Origin: Monocercomonoides exilis PA203
Taxonomy: Eukaryota > Protista > Preaxostyla
Assembly: GCA_001643675.2 (NCBI GenBank)
Contig: LSRY02000019.1
Span: 868,001-932,000, forward strand
Direction: 5' to 3'
DNA length: 64,000 nt
Positions 39,088 to 53,700 of this stretch are shown piece by piece. How positions within the stretch are numbered: position 1 is the first letter of the stretch; the number at the start of each line of letters is the position of its first letter. Both the position numbers and the translations under genes were made by a program. The notes under the pieces are model-generated. The model did not search any database. It saw only the letters and a program-made list of their open reading frames with translations, and had not been told where the DNA came from.

Positions 39088-40808
39088 GGGATGAGCAGAA
39101 TATACGCATTCCTCTCGAATTCGCTTGAAACTTTGATGATTTATTTATTTCTAATTGTTAATAACATACGCACAAACCTGACCTTGCGGAAATGAGTTGT
39201 TGATAAACAATGATTTAATTATTTTAGTAATTTTTTCACAAAAAACGGGTGAGATCAAAAATCTTAAGTAAAAAAATGTCAAAGATACCAGAAACAATAG
39301 ACGTGATCTCAAACATGAATTTCTTGTTAATTAATTTGGTTCGCATTTGGAAGTGGATTTTCGAGCATAGACTTCTTCCTGACACTGGGGAATGCAAACA
39401 TTGCAAAATGAAAAAATTATTGTGCAAAAAGAGACAACGCATATTTTCTAAAGTGCAAAAAGTGCCGAAAAACAACATCTGTATTAAAAGGAACAACATT
39501 ATCAAAGGCTATAACAACAATTAATAAGATTATGCATGTGTTTCTACTGTTTTGGCTGGAATTAAGCATTAAGCAAACTTGTTTTTTGTTATATCTGGAT
39601 AGAAACACCGTTTCATACTATTAAAATATTTGCAGGGAAGTTTGTGTCGATGTGCTGTTCAAGAATCCAATCAAAATAGGAGGAGTAGGGAACGAGGTGG
39701 AAATTGACGAAATGTTATGGAGAAGATAGAAATGCAATAGAGGAAAAAGGAAAAAGCAAGTTTGGATTTTTGGTGGTGCAGAAAGATCTGAAGAAAGTCA
39801 CAAAAGATCTTGTGTAATGGTTGTTCCAAACAGGAACAAGGAAACTCTTCAAGCAGCTATTAAAGAGCACGTTTTTCCTCACACAACTATACACAGCGAT
39901 GAATGGAAGGCCTATAATTGTCTGGATGAAGAAGGTTTTATTCACAGTTTGGTTTACCATAAGAGACATTTTGTCAATCCGGATAATAAATCAGTATATA
40001 TAAACACAGTGGAAGGTTTTTGGGCGCACTTTCGGAAATATCTTCCCAGATTTGGAATCCGAACAAGATTTCTTCAACAATACATAGCATCTTTCTTTGT
40101 TCGTTCGATGGGATTACTGACTTTTGTTCAACTCGTTAAATCCGCAATTCATTTGAACATCGAAAGCATATAAATGGTTGCTGAGGAAGACAAAAATAAT
40201 CCAGAAAAGGCTAACGAGGAGGAAGAAATCCCTTATATAGATGATCTTTCTGATGAAGATACTGATTTCTGTGCAGATGACGGAGCAGACGCATCAGAAT
40301 GGTCAGATGACTAATTCTTTTTAACAATTTCATACGCTTTTTTCAAAAAAATTTTATTTGAAATTATATACACCCATTTTACATTCAAAATTTGGAACAA
40401 AATATTTGACTTCGGGCATTGCCATTGAAAAATTATGTACATTAGATGAACTTTTTGTGATCAAAAAAAAAATTAGTAATTAAGGGGTTTATTTTTTGAA
40501 ATACAAGTGAGTTCACAAAGCATTTTGTTATTTCATCGATGATGTTTGTTTACAGTTATGATAAACTAATTTATTTTGAAATCTGGCAAAGTATAAAAAT
40601 GATGAAAGAGAAACAGTTTTTTCATGCTTTGTGCTAAAAAGCTTGAAAGTCCGTATTTTTCTTCATTTGTGAAATATTTTTTTCATAAAAATATAACAAG
40701 TTATTTGCGCAAAATAAAAATACGACAGAATGATCAAGAATAGCAACACCTTTCTTCGAATCGATAATGAAGCGTATTCTTTAGGTGATCGTATACTCTC
40801 CATTTGCC
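39088..40808 (+). mobile_element. Merlin (IS1595/ISXO2-like) DNA transposon, 1,721 bp, decayed
   Basis: 8-bp direct repeat GAAAAAAC at 39080-39087 and 40809-40816. Both ends start GG with degenerate TIRs (GGGATGAGCAGAATATACG vs GGCAAATGGAGAGTATACG; similarity extends ~130 bp). Encloses a DDE transposase. Confidence 0.9.
39276..40314 (+). pseudogene. ISXO2/Merlin DDE transposase pseudogene
   Basis: Zn-ribbon CKHC..CKKC; IGGVGNEVEIDE, WIFGG, HSDEWKAY, NTVEGFW. Frameshift in A-runs at ~39405-39430; in-frame TAA 39622, TAG 39727, TAA 40171. Confidence 0.9.
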
Positions 40809-41161
40809 GAAAAAACTATCTTGTCCGGTATTATGTCCGCAATCTATATGAATATATTAATTTTTTTGATAAATTTCACGAGTGATTTTTGTTTTTTTTC
40901 CTTTGAACAAATATATTTTCTACTTTGTTCTAAATCATTAGAAGAAAATTCACCGTTCAGATGAACAACAAAAACTCATTTCCAATGAATGAAAAATATG
41001 CAAACGAAGAAGATATGAAGCATTTTTTTTCTTTATTTATAGAAAAATATACTTTCCAATTCGTCCCATAACAAAACAGAATTCAAAAAGAACAAACGTT
41101 TTTGTTGAATCACGTGTTTGCTTGCAACAAACAACATCTATTTAACAGAAAAAGAAAGTAA

Positions 41162-43262
41162 ATGGGAAACGAAGTTGATGTGATGAATTCAGATAAAGAT
41201 TTTCATGGATGCACGAAGGCTATGCGTTGGATTAAAGAGAAAAGATCAGAACCACCAGAGTGGATAAGACACGATATAACAATCGGAAATAAATATGGAC
41301 GTACAATGGCCATGCACTGGATTAAGTATGTTCAAGCTGATCCACCAGAATGGATGAGACACGACGCTGCACTTGCGGACAAGGAAGGACAGACAATGGA
41401 GATGAAGTGGATTGCAAAAATAAAGACAGAACCTTTAAAGTGGATGAGACATGACAGTACTGTTGCAGATAAAGATGGACGTACAATGGCTATGTGGTGG
41501 ATTCAATCTGTCAAGACAGAACCACCTGTATGGATGAGACATGATATTACACTTACAGGCGGTATTAAAATGCAAACAATGGCCATGACATGGATTGATT
41601 TTGTAATGATAGAACCTCCTTCATGGATGAGACATGACATTACGCTTACTGATAAGGACGGATTGACAAAGGCCATGCTGTGGATTCAAGAGATCAAAAC
41701 AGAACCCCCAGAATGGATGAGACATGATATTACACTTGACAATAAAGGCGGATTGACAAAGGCCATGCTGTGGATTCAAGAGATCAAAACAGAGCCACCA
41801 GAATGGATGAGACACGATATCACACTTCGCAACAATTATGGATCAACAATGGCAATGATATGGATTGAATATGTGAAGACAGAACCACCGCAATGGATGA
41901 AGCATGACATTACAGTAACTGATGTTAACAAAAGAACGATGGCAATGTTATGGATTCAAGATGAAAAACAGAGCCACCAGAATGGATGAGGCATAATTTC
42001 ACAATGAGCGACATCAACGGACTGACAATGGCCATGATGTGGATTCAATTTGTAAAGACAGATCCACCGGAGTGGATGAGGCACTGTAATGTAATTCGCG
42101 ATAAATACGGAGAAACAATAGCCATGAAATGGATCAATATAACTGAAGGCACTCCACCGAAATGGATGAGACACGATTCTGCACTTGCGAACAATGATGG
42201 CTGGACGATGGCCATGATCTGGATTGAAAAAGTTAAAACTGACGTTCTAGGATGGATGAGGCATGACATCACTTTGCGCAACATGGATGGCTGGACAATG
42301 GCCATGCTGTGGATTAAAAATGTTAAAATTGACCACCTGAATGGATGAGGCATAATGCCACTCTTGTGAACAAGGATGGCTGGACAATGTCCATGCTGTG
42401 GATAAAGCACATCAAGACAAACCCTCCAGAGCGGATGAAGGAAGATATAGCGCCTTTGGATAAAGAAAACATAAGGGAAGGAGCAAGCTATGAAAATGAG
42501 AAAAAACAGAGAGATTTGGAAGAATGGAAGGATGAAGCGAAAGTTGCAGACAGAAATGGAAGAACAGATGCAATGCACTGGATAATTGAAAATAAAGCGG
42601 AGCCACCAGAGGAAGTGAGGCACGATGCGACAGTTGTGGATGAGGAAGGAAGAACAATGGCGATGCTGTGGATAGAGAATGTGAAGAGTGAACCCCCAGA
42701 ATGGATGAGGCATGGTGTGGGGCGTGGGGATATGTATGAGAGAACGATGGCGATGACATGGATTGCGAATGTGAAAACAGAACCTCTGGAGTGGATGAGG
42801 CACAAGGAAATGCAAGTGGACAAGGACGGGTGGACGATGGCGATGTACTGGATCAGATATGTCAAAGCGGAACCGCCAGAATGGATGCGTCATGAGGTAA
42901 CGGTTGGGGATGGAAACGGATGGACAATGGCAATGCAATAGATTGGGGATGTGCAAACCGAGCCGCCGGAGTGGATGAGACACGGGGCAGTATTTAGTGA
43001 CCAAAATGGAATAACTATGGCGATGCACTGGATTACGTGGGTGAAGACATCTCCGCCAGAGTGGATGAGACACAGCGCGACACAAGTGGACAAGAGCGGG
43101 AGGACGATGGCAATGCTGTGGATTGCGAATGTTAAGAGCGAGCCGCCGGAATGGATGAGGCATGATACAAATATCAGCAACAAGGTTGGATGGACGATGA
43201 AGACATTTTGGAAAAATTATGTTGAGTTCGAGGTTCCTGAGTGGATGAAAGGGGATGATTGA
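41162..43262 (+). pseudogene. Intronless Trp-rich 30-aa tandem-repeat (ankyrin-like) protein, ~22 units, disrupted
   Basis: Unit GxTMAMxWIxxVKTEPPEWMRHDxTxxDKD. Apparent 1-nt deletions at ~41965 and ~42333; TAG at 42939-42941 replaces an otherwise invariant TGG. Confidence 0.8.
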
Positions 43263-43294
43263 ATTTGAGTGGTTTTGATTCTTTCTTTGAAATC

Positions 43295-44040
<746 letters not shown>

Positions 44041-44596
44041 AAGATTGTTTTGATAGTTCTGTAATGTGGATGTCTGAATAATTTCCATGCAATGATTGAA
44101 ATGAAAATCATATTGATCTTTTTGAATCAATCAATTATTTTTTTTTTTTTTACTCCAACTTTTCATTTAAATATTTTGATTAATTGCTTAATTATTTTCA
44201 TTATTTTATCTCCTTTCGACTTGTGTTTATTTTATTGCTTAGTGATTTGAGACGCACTTCAGGATTTTTTTTATAACAATTTTGTTTTGATAACGAATAA
44301 AAGAAATCATGAACTGATGATTATGAATTTTTTTTTCAAAACTGATTATTTCTTTTTATTTGATATGATTAGCAATATCATTCATTCATTCTATTGAAAA
44401 CATTTCCTTTTAAAATTAAGTTCTGAATGAAATGCATAATGTTTCTTATTCATGACAGGAAATAACTGTGATTATTTCAAAAAGTTATAAATTGAACCGA
44501 TGCAGTTATTGATTCTTTTCAGTCAAATTGTTCGGTGATGATAATCTGATTTTAAAGTTGAAAGAGAAAAATAAATTAATTATTTCTTAATGAAAA

Positions 44597-47500
44597 ATGA
44601 CAACAAATTCAAAAGATGGGAAAATTCCCATTTTAATGATGAATACAGCCTTTCAAAAATTTTGGAAGAATTACTCCTCCCATATTAATAAAATTTCATT
44701 TGAAAAGAGAGCTTTATTTTTCTTTATGAGCAGCAATTTAAAAGAAATTTCAAATTTGATGAACGAAAGTCAAAAAAATACACGAAGCGAACGAGAAGTA
44801 TGACTTATTAAATTCAGTATTTGAATAATTTTTGAATAATTCATTTGTTTTTTTGACTTTTTAATGAATAAAATGAATCCAAGAAACTAAAAATGAATAA
44901 AAATGAATCTAATGATAAGCTTCCAACTAAAAAGAAAAGAAGCCACGAATTATCTCAAAAGCAATTTTTATTTCGTCATTCAATATCAACATCGCCTTAT
45001 TGCGAACAAGGATCAACAACAAAACCTGAACTTTCAACACCTACATCAACGCCAACAAGTATACGGTCAATGCCATCAACAGAAAAACGGATTCATATTT
45101 CAAACTTTCCTATTTTTTCTCCCACTCAAACATTTTCTTCCTCTTTTCTGATTCCCCAAAGCGAAAATTCAACACCAACTTCGCAATCTGAAAAGTCTCA
45201 CACATCTTTTATTCCTTCTTCTTATTCATATAAACCATTACTTCAAAATTCAGTGAAATCATCACATTCATTAATTATTTCAAATGATCAAATATCAAAG
45301 CACAAAATAAATCAACATCTTTCATCTCTTTCAACGGAAAAGGATTCACTTTATATGCAAGAGTCACAGTCACCAACATTTTGCATAGCATCAGATAAAA
45401 TGCAATTGAAAGAACATCATTCAATGATTTCATTTTCTGAAGATAATAAAACAAAAAGAAAAGAAAATTCTACTGATAAAAATTCCGCTCTTGATGATTA
45501 TGAAATAGAAAGTTCTCTCAGCAAGCATAATAAATTCAGAGATATTCAAAAAAGTGAATCAGATTCAATAAAAGATAAAGATAAAGATATTGCGAAAAAC
45601 TCGAATTCAAATAATCGTTCAAATGAAATTCAAAACAAAAGAGAAAGCGGAGAGAAATCGCGAAAGGAAGAAAAAATAATCAAAAAAGCAGTGAAAGAAG
45701 CATTAGAAACCACTCTTCTCCACTACGTTTCCACTTCTTCAAAGCCTGATCATCTCAGAAAAAGACGAAAAACTGCTTCGCCAAAACGAATATCTCGAAA
45801 AGTGAACGACTCCAAAGCCACACAAAAGCAGAACAAGCCAAAGCAAAAACTTGAGGCAGAATTTTCTCAAAGCGAAAAGCCGAAAGCCGCTGCTGAAAAT
45901 GCTCAAAAAGCAGACTCAAAAGAATGCGATTCAAATGATATCAGTCAACTAGACAGAAGCGTGTCATTGACATCTGAACCAAAGCAGTTTCAATCAACTG
46001 CCTCGTTAAATCTAGCCAACGATTCCAGCTTCTCTCAATTGTTTTCCCATTCAAACGTTACGTTATCTAACAGCGACGCAGTCCCATCTCAAGCGCCTCT
46101 AACACAAAAGGCTTCAGACAAAGATACATCTGTTTATATACCAGTCTCTATGCACGATGATCTACATCCTTCCTCTTCAAAGCCATCTTTTTCCTCTTTT
46201 CTCTCCTCAACCGAAGAAACGTACGAACCTGTATCTTCGAAATCTCCTTCTACTTTGCCCGCCTCAATTTCAACTCCACTTTTACTTCCACCGCCTCCAC
46301 CTATTTCCTCCATGATTCAACGCACAATTGCTCATTCATTGTCAACATCTTCAAATCCAGTTTCTCCAAACACTGTTTCCACTCCAAGCTCAACTTCTTC
46401 AATTCATTCACCTTTCCGTTCATTCGCTGCAACACCAAATAGTTCTCATCTTGTTTTTCTGCCACCGCCTCCTCCAATACATCCATCTATTTATTCACTT
46501 CGCACAAATTCTTCTCCTTCTTCTTCCGCCTCTTCTGTTGCAATTGTTCCTCCTCCTTTTCCTCCTTCTGCTCCTTCTACACCTTCTGCATCCACTTCTT
46601 CCACTCCAACTTCGACTTCAATGACTCCACTGTGCCTTTCCAACATCCAGCAGAACGAACAGAAACCAGATCCTCCATTGCTTTGTGAGATAAAATCACC
46701 CACATCAAATGATATTAATGAAGAAATAGAGAAAGATAAGAACATCAAAGACAGAGAAAGAGAAAGAGAAAGAAACGATAACTCAAAAGAGAAAGAGGAC
46801 TATGCAAATGAGTTATTAAAAGATATGAGGAATGATTACAAGAATAAAGACGAAACAATTGAAAATGAAGGAAAGGAGGAGGAGAAGAAGGAGACAGAAA
46901 AAGCGAATGAAAATGAAAGAGAAAATAAAAAGGAAGATATATATAGAATCGAAGAGAAACGAGAAACAGGAGAAGAAAATAAAACTGAAAAGAAGAATGC
47001 AGAATGTGGAAAATCTCATGCTGATGAAGGCTTGATTCAAGAAAAGGCAAAACATGAGCACAAAAAAAGAAAGCACGAAAAGAAAGCAAAAGGAGCAAAG
47101 ACAAAGAAAACGACAAGCAAAAATTCCAAAGCAGGACCTTCCTCGAAGTCATTGATTATGACAAGCCCATCAAAAGTGTCTGCAGAAAGTGTGCTTTCGA
47201 ACCTTCCTGTTGAATATCTTTCGCCTCATCGTTCTGCTTCTGCTGCTTCTTCTTCTTCTTCTTCCTCTTCAAGTTCTTCTCCAGATTCATCTTTATCGGC
47301 ACAACCTGTGACATCTTCTGGAGATGTACAGAAAGTTGCTCCTCTTGTTCCTTCGTCACTGTCCTTTAAACGAGCAGCACAATCTTCTTTATCTCCAGCA
47401 CCAAATACTCCATTTCATAATTCTTCTTCTCTTGCTTCTAATTCTCCTTCTCTTTCTTCTCCACATCCTTCTTCTCCATTCTTGCAGAATTTCTCTCTGC

Positions 47501-49842
47501 CAATTAATTCATTGACAATTCCACAGATTTTGACAGAATCTGAAGAAGGCATTTTAACTTCACGAACACGATTATTCAAAGAACATGCAGTTTCTGAAGA
47601 AAAAGAAGAAAGAAATGAGCTGCAATTTGGAGAAGGCAGACTGAAATTGAATGGAACTGAAAGAAAATCAATAACTTTTGAAAATGTTCTGAATAACAAC
47701 AGCTTTGACAAAAAAGGAGATTTATCCGATTCGAAGACTTTTCAAGTGTTTTCTTCTTCTTCTCCTCAAAAAGCACTAACCACCACGACATCAACGCCAA
47801 TCTCTTCTTCTTCTCATTCTTCTTCCTCTTTTTCCTCTTCTTCCTCTTCCTCCACATTACATCAAGATATACATCATCTTCCGTTAAGTGCACTTGAATC
47901 AAGAACATCTTTTATCCCCACATATTCTCCTTCACCACGCACTCCTCTTAATTCCGTTCACAAAATGATTGCAACGCCTTCTCATAACAAAGTTGCAGCT
48001 GAAAGCTCTTTAAGAATATCTGCTCCAACTTCAACTCCATCCAATCCACATTCTCAACTTGCCTTTCCGTCTTCTCCATTTCCACAAGCATCCCAAATTC
48101 AGACGCCTGCTTCTTCTGCATCGACTACGGAATTAGCTGCACAGCCCACTTTTCCTTCGTCCACTTCGAATTCTTCTTCTTCTTCTTCTTCTTCGAGTTC
48201 TTCTTCTTCTGTTGATACTCCTACAAAAACTGATACAAATCCTGAACTTCCGCTTGCAACTGCTTCAAGTGCTCCTTCTCAAGAAAAGGCAGAAATAGTT
48301 CATCCAACTGAAAATACAAGCGTTCCTCAAGAACAGAATCAGCCAACTGTTTCGTCTGAACGTGTTTCATTTCCTGTTGAAAAATGTTCTTCGGAGCCAC
48401 CTATCATCCCTGATAGCTTAGGTGATTCTTCTTCTTCTTCTTCTTCTTCTTCTCCTTCTTCTCCTTCTTCTCCTTCTTCTCCTTCTTCTCCTTCTTCTTC
48501 ATCTCCTCCTCCTCTTGCCTCAACTAAAGAAAGTGTAACCACACAATCTTCTATTTCTTCTCCATCACTTCCTGTAAATCCACAAATTCTCCAAACACCT
48601 TCTCCTTCATTGCCTTCTCAACAGCTTGCTTCTGTTCCTTTGGAATCATCACAAACATTATCAAGTCCTCAACATCCATCTTCTGCTGATTTATCGTCTT
48701 CGTTTTCGCTTTATCCCCATTCAAACACACCTCAGCCAAAGCCAACAAAGAAAGTGACTCAACTTTCACCGTCTTCGTTTTCTTCAGCAAGATCTGGACT
48801 AATCGCTCCTTCTTCTTTTTCTCCTTCATCTCCTTCTTCTTCAGCGATAATTCCTTCAACTCATTTAGATTCCATTTCAATGATACAAAGAACAAATCTT
48901 CCTGTTGAAAATATAAGAAAGAGGATTATTAATGAGAGACAGGAAGAAATGGAAGATGAATACGATTATTACGATGAGGAAGAGGAAGAGGAGGAGGAGA
49001 TTGAAGAAATTAAAGAAGAAGAAAAGAATCAAGGAGGAGGAGAAGAAGAGGAAGAAGAATGGGAAGAGGAAGAGGAAGAAGAGCAACAAGAAGAAGAAGA
49101 CTTTCAAGTTGGTCCAAATTCAAATTTTTATTCGAAAGATGATCCATCAAAAGAAGGTTTTACAACTTCACAGCTTGATGAATATGTTGCAATAAGTGAC
49201 AAGCAGATAATCCCCAAAAGCTTCTTTGAGAACATTGAAAGGGAGAAAGAGCATCCAACTTCTTCTTCAGGCGTTTCACTCGCTAACTCTTTCCCATCAT
49301 TTAGCACACCTTCAAAATCACCAGACAGCCGTTCCAAAACCTTCTCTACACATTTGAACGCTTTCTCTTCTGATTCAATTGGCACTCCACAACGTTTTTC
49401 GCAGTCCAAAAATGTGAAGTCTCCTCCTGCTTCTCCAGAAAGAGATATGCCGCCTGAAAGAAAGCGTTCTCCAACGCCTCCTCCATTTCACAAGACTTTT
49501 TCTGATAAATTGCCTTCTTCTTCTAATAATGCGTTGTATAACTCACCAAGTGAGAATCTTTCTTCTTCTCCATCTTCGTCTCAGAATCCTTTGATGCAAA
49601 GACCAATCCCAGCAGGAAGCAGTAATCTGGCTTTATCTGTTCCTACATTTTCTGATCAAAATGAAAGGACTGAGACAGAAAAAGAAGCATCAGATACTGA
49701 AAATGAAGTTATTCACACAAATCCTCTGCTTCTTCCTCATTCTTTCCCTCCATCGCCTCCTTCTTTTTCAACTCCACCAAGCCCTGGAGTAGAAGCACTT
49801 ATCAAATTCCTGCAATCTCAAAAGGAAAGCCAAATTTTGTAA
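44597..49842 (+). CDS. Ser/Pro/Glu-rich low-complexity hypothetical protein; intron 44798-44883
   Basis: 1,649-aa ORF plus an in-frame upstream exon; no recognisable domain. Confidence 0.65.
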
Positions 49843-50783
49843 ATCAAAACTTTTGCAAAAGAATTTTGTTTTTTGAAAGTTCCAGTCATTTTTTCGTTTG
49901 GAATCTGAATCATAAAATCGAGTTTATTTTTTTTATTTTTTTTCAACTTAAAATTTCATTAAAAATGTTGTTTCACTTGAGAAAGTAAACAACATTTCAA
50001 TTTCAAAATTTGAAAAACGATCGATTGAAAAAAGAAATTTATTTTCTTTTTTCGACACATTTCGTTTTTTTCTCCCAGTTTTATGGTTTTACTTAAAATC
50101 AAAACAAAATCAAATATGATTTATTTCAAAATAAAAAAGAATTTGCAAAATGTTAATAAAAGAAAAGCAGTAAACTTCTGCAATACATATAAAAGAAAAT
50201 TATCAATGCCATTGAACTTGTGCTATAATGTACATAACAATAGATAAGAAATGAAAGCTTAGAAATAATAAATAAAACAGTGTGACAGCATTGAAACCAT
50301 TAAAACGGTCGAGCGCTTCACAATCATTTTTGATATATCAAAAAAAAAATAAGCACAAAACAAGTTTAACAACTAGACAGTCAATTTCAACATATTCAAA
50401 ATGAAAATTTAATGTTAAATATGAAAATAAAACAATAGATTGCAAAAAGAACTTGAAAAAGGATTAAGAACAAAAAAATAAGTGATGGAAGAACTGAAAA
50501 CTGAATAAGACGGAGCGTGAATTGATAAGGAGAAAGCAACCGAATAATAAAGAAAACGAAACTTTTATATTCAGTTTTTCAAATGGAGAACTGGAATCTC
50601 TGTGAAGCAAAGTTGCTGTGAAGAAAAAATAACTGTTGTGCATTCAAATTTTGATGAATAATAAAAACAATTGTACAGGCATATTATTTACAAATAAAGA
50701 AGCTACAAAATAAAAAAACCTTAACAATACCAATTTCATTTGTACATTGAAGAAACCTATCAAAATACATTATCAATTCCTTT

Positions 50784-53700
50784 TTATTCTTCGTCTGGTT
50801 CATTCTTTACCGAAAAGTCCACAGGCTTATATAGCTGATGCGGCACCGATTCTCTTTCATCTTCGTCGGTATTGTGATAAACCCCTTTCGTCAAATCTTC
50901 ATCAATTTTCTTCTTCCGCTTCTTCTTTTCTGCTTCTTCTGTGTTTCCATACATGATCAGCCGCATCTTCATCGAGCAAGGCAGATCTAGGCTGGTCACC
51001 ATATCGAGAAACGATACAAGCACCCCAAATATGCCCATGTACCCCATCGCCGTCGACATAATGTTCGCAAAAAACGCTGCAACAGACTGCCTCATCGAAA
51101 ACGTCGTCAAAACCACGTTCGTGTCCTGATCGAACGTCAGCTTCACTTTCATCCCAAACGCCGTGTTGAGCTCATCTTCAGACGCAGTAGTACCGAGTGT
51201 GGTGGAAGAAGAGATTATCTGATATCCCGTCGTCTTCTCCTGCTTCTCGTTCACAAACACAGACGGAATAACCTTCATGTTGAATTCTGTCATGTTTACC
51301 CCTTTGAACGGCTTGCCGTTGCCTGAGACGGCAAGCAGCTGTCTGGAAGATATGGGGTTGTCGCTGGCTTTACCGTAGTCGTGCACAATTCCAGTGTCCA
51401 GAACAGCATCAGCCAGGAAAGAGTATGCATGGCCCTTTTCGTAGTTGGTTGAAATGGATAGAACAGGCGAAGAGCCGTCAGAAGGGAAATAAAGAACAGT
51501 GGGCTTGTCTGTTTTCACTCGCACCATGCAGTTTGCCACGGGGTTGATCATCTTGCTTTTTGAGGGAGTTTGCTTGCACATAGGCACAAGAGGCGAGGCA
51601 GTCGGATTTTTCTTGTCTTTCGAGTAATCTGAGAACCATCAAATAGAAGAATAGAAAAGAAAAGAAAATTTCATAAAGGCAAAATTATAAACAATTTTGA
51701 ACAAAATAAAATGAAGAAAAAAAAAGAGAAGTTAACATGAACGTTAACAAAAATCAAAAAGTATAATTTCACAAACCAAGTTGATACATGTTAGTCAATT
51801 TTATCAAAAGCTGTGAGTTGCACTCCATCCAATCCGTCTCTACTGTTGTGTCATTCAGCCCTGTCACACATCCTCCGCAGTAATCCAACATTGTCACAGA
51901 CGTCTCGAACTGCTTCATTGAAAGCTGCTCAACATTCACCTCAGTCTCCATCGCAGCAGCGATCACAGACTTCACTTCTGTTCTGTTGTTAATCGCAAAC
52001 TCACCAACAACACTGGCAGCAGCGCCAACAGCAAAGAAGATGAAGATGATCGAGACAAAACCACCGACACGGTTCTTCCTCAGTATCTTCGGTGCAGCAT
52101 GCGTCTCTGGGTCGAAGTCCTCGTCGTGCTCAGACGAATACAAGTCGAACTTGAACATGTACACACGCACAGGACAGCACACACAGCAAATGGAAACAGC
52201 AATGCCAACCACCAGAAAGCCCACATAGCACCCGATGAGAATATACATGGCATCAATATCACGCGACTTAAACAGCTGTGGCTGGATGTCGTTCTCCTTC
52301 GTCTTTGTGGGTCGTGTCGTGTTTTCTGTGGCAGATCCAATGGGACAATAGCTTCCGTCGCTGCATTTGGTGCAATACTTCTGCCCGCTTTTGTCGTTGT
52401 ATGTTCCAGCAGCACACGCAATGCAATGATAACCAGAAGACCCGCCAACGTACTTGTTTGCTGAACCTGCATAGCAATATGTGCAGTCCCATGTCAAGCC
52501 AAACCTCCAAGAAAACGAGCCGACTGGGCAAGAGTCGCATTCAATATCCCCGTTGCTTCTTTCTTTTGTTCCTGGTGAACATACAAAATGCTCCTTTTTC
52601 AGTGTTATTTCATACAAGTCGTTTTGATACTGTTTGTCGGATGGATATGTGTTGATCATGAGATTTCCTCCAAAGACATAGAGCTTTCTGCCGAAGTACT
52701 GAACGCTTCCTCCGCAAAGATATGGCAGTTTTGTAGATCCTGTAGATCCGTTGTGCCAGGTGTGCTTCACATTCTTCAGATCCAACACATCCACCCAGTG
52801 GAAGTTGTTTGTCGCCATGTCCTCATCCACACCACCCAGCGATATGAATCCCTGGTCTCCCACAACAGTCAGACTGCCATAGCGAAATGGATGTTCTGGT
52901 AGATTCTCGTCATTTAGCACAATGGGATCTGTTATGTACACTTTGAACATAGACGGGTCTGTATTTTCGGGTTCTTTCCCTTCCTCTGCGTCGAATGAGG
53001 GTGGAATCAGAACAACATCAATTTTAGATGAAGGGTCTCGCGTTCGGGTGACTCCTCCAGCAATAACCACAACTTGGTATTCAACCCCGTCCATCCACAC
53101 ATCCTTTCTGACAGCAGCCATCTTCTCCCTCTTTTGCAGCTGAACGCGGGAGTTCTCGTTGACGGGCACTGTACCTGGAGCATTGGGATCAAACACAAGG
53201 TCCTCGAACTTGCTGCCCCCGACCTCGATTTTTGGAGAGTAGTACACATTCATCTTCCTCCACTCGTTCGTCACAAGAGAAAACCTCCAAACCTCATTCG
53301 TAACAGACCCATCTTCCAGCCTACCGCCGAAGTAGTAGATCCACTTCCCAATCACAATTCCGCATGTTCCCGAGCGAGGGGAAGGAAGAAGTGATGTTGT
53401 GGGGTAAACTCTCGACCATTCATTCAGCACAATTGAGTATTGCCACATGTCATTGCGCGACGTGAGATCGTCTATCGGACTGTCCGTCCCCAACCCGCCA
53501 AACAGGAAAAGCCGACTTGCCTGCTCAATTATCGAGAAGTCAGAGCGCGCAGGCGGGCTTCCGAGGCCTTCGTGCTTCTCCCACTCGCTTGTGGAGTAGT
53601 CGAATGAGTACAAGTCATTCAGAGGAATAGACGAACGAGGAGATGTCTCCTCTCCTTCGCCAAGCCCGCCATAGATCCACATCTTTCCCAGAACATTGAT

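Noticed and set aside
41162-43262. CRISPR-like regular 90-bp periodicity
   Set aside because: The units are degenerate protein-coding repeats with third-position variation; no repeat-spacer structure or cas genes; eukaryotic context.
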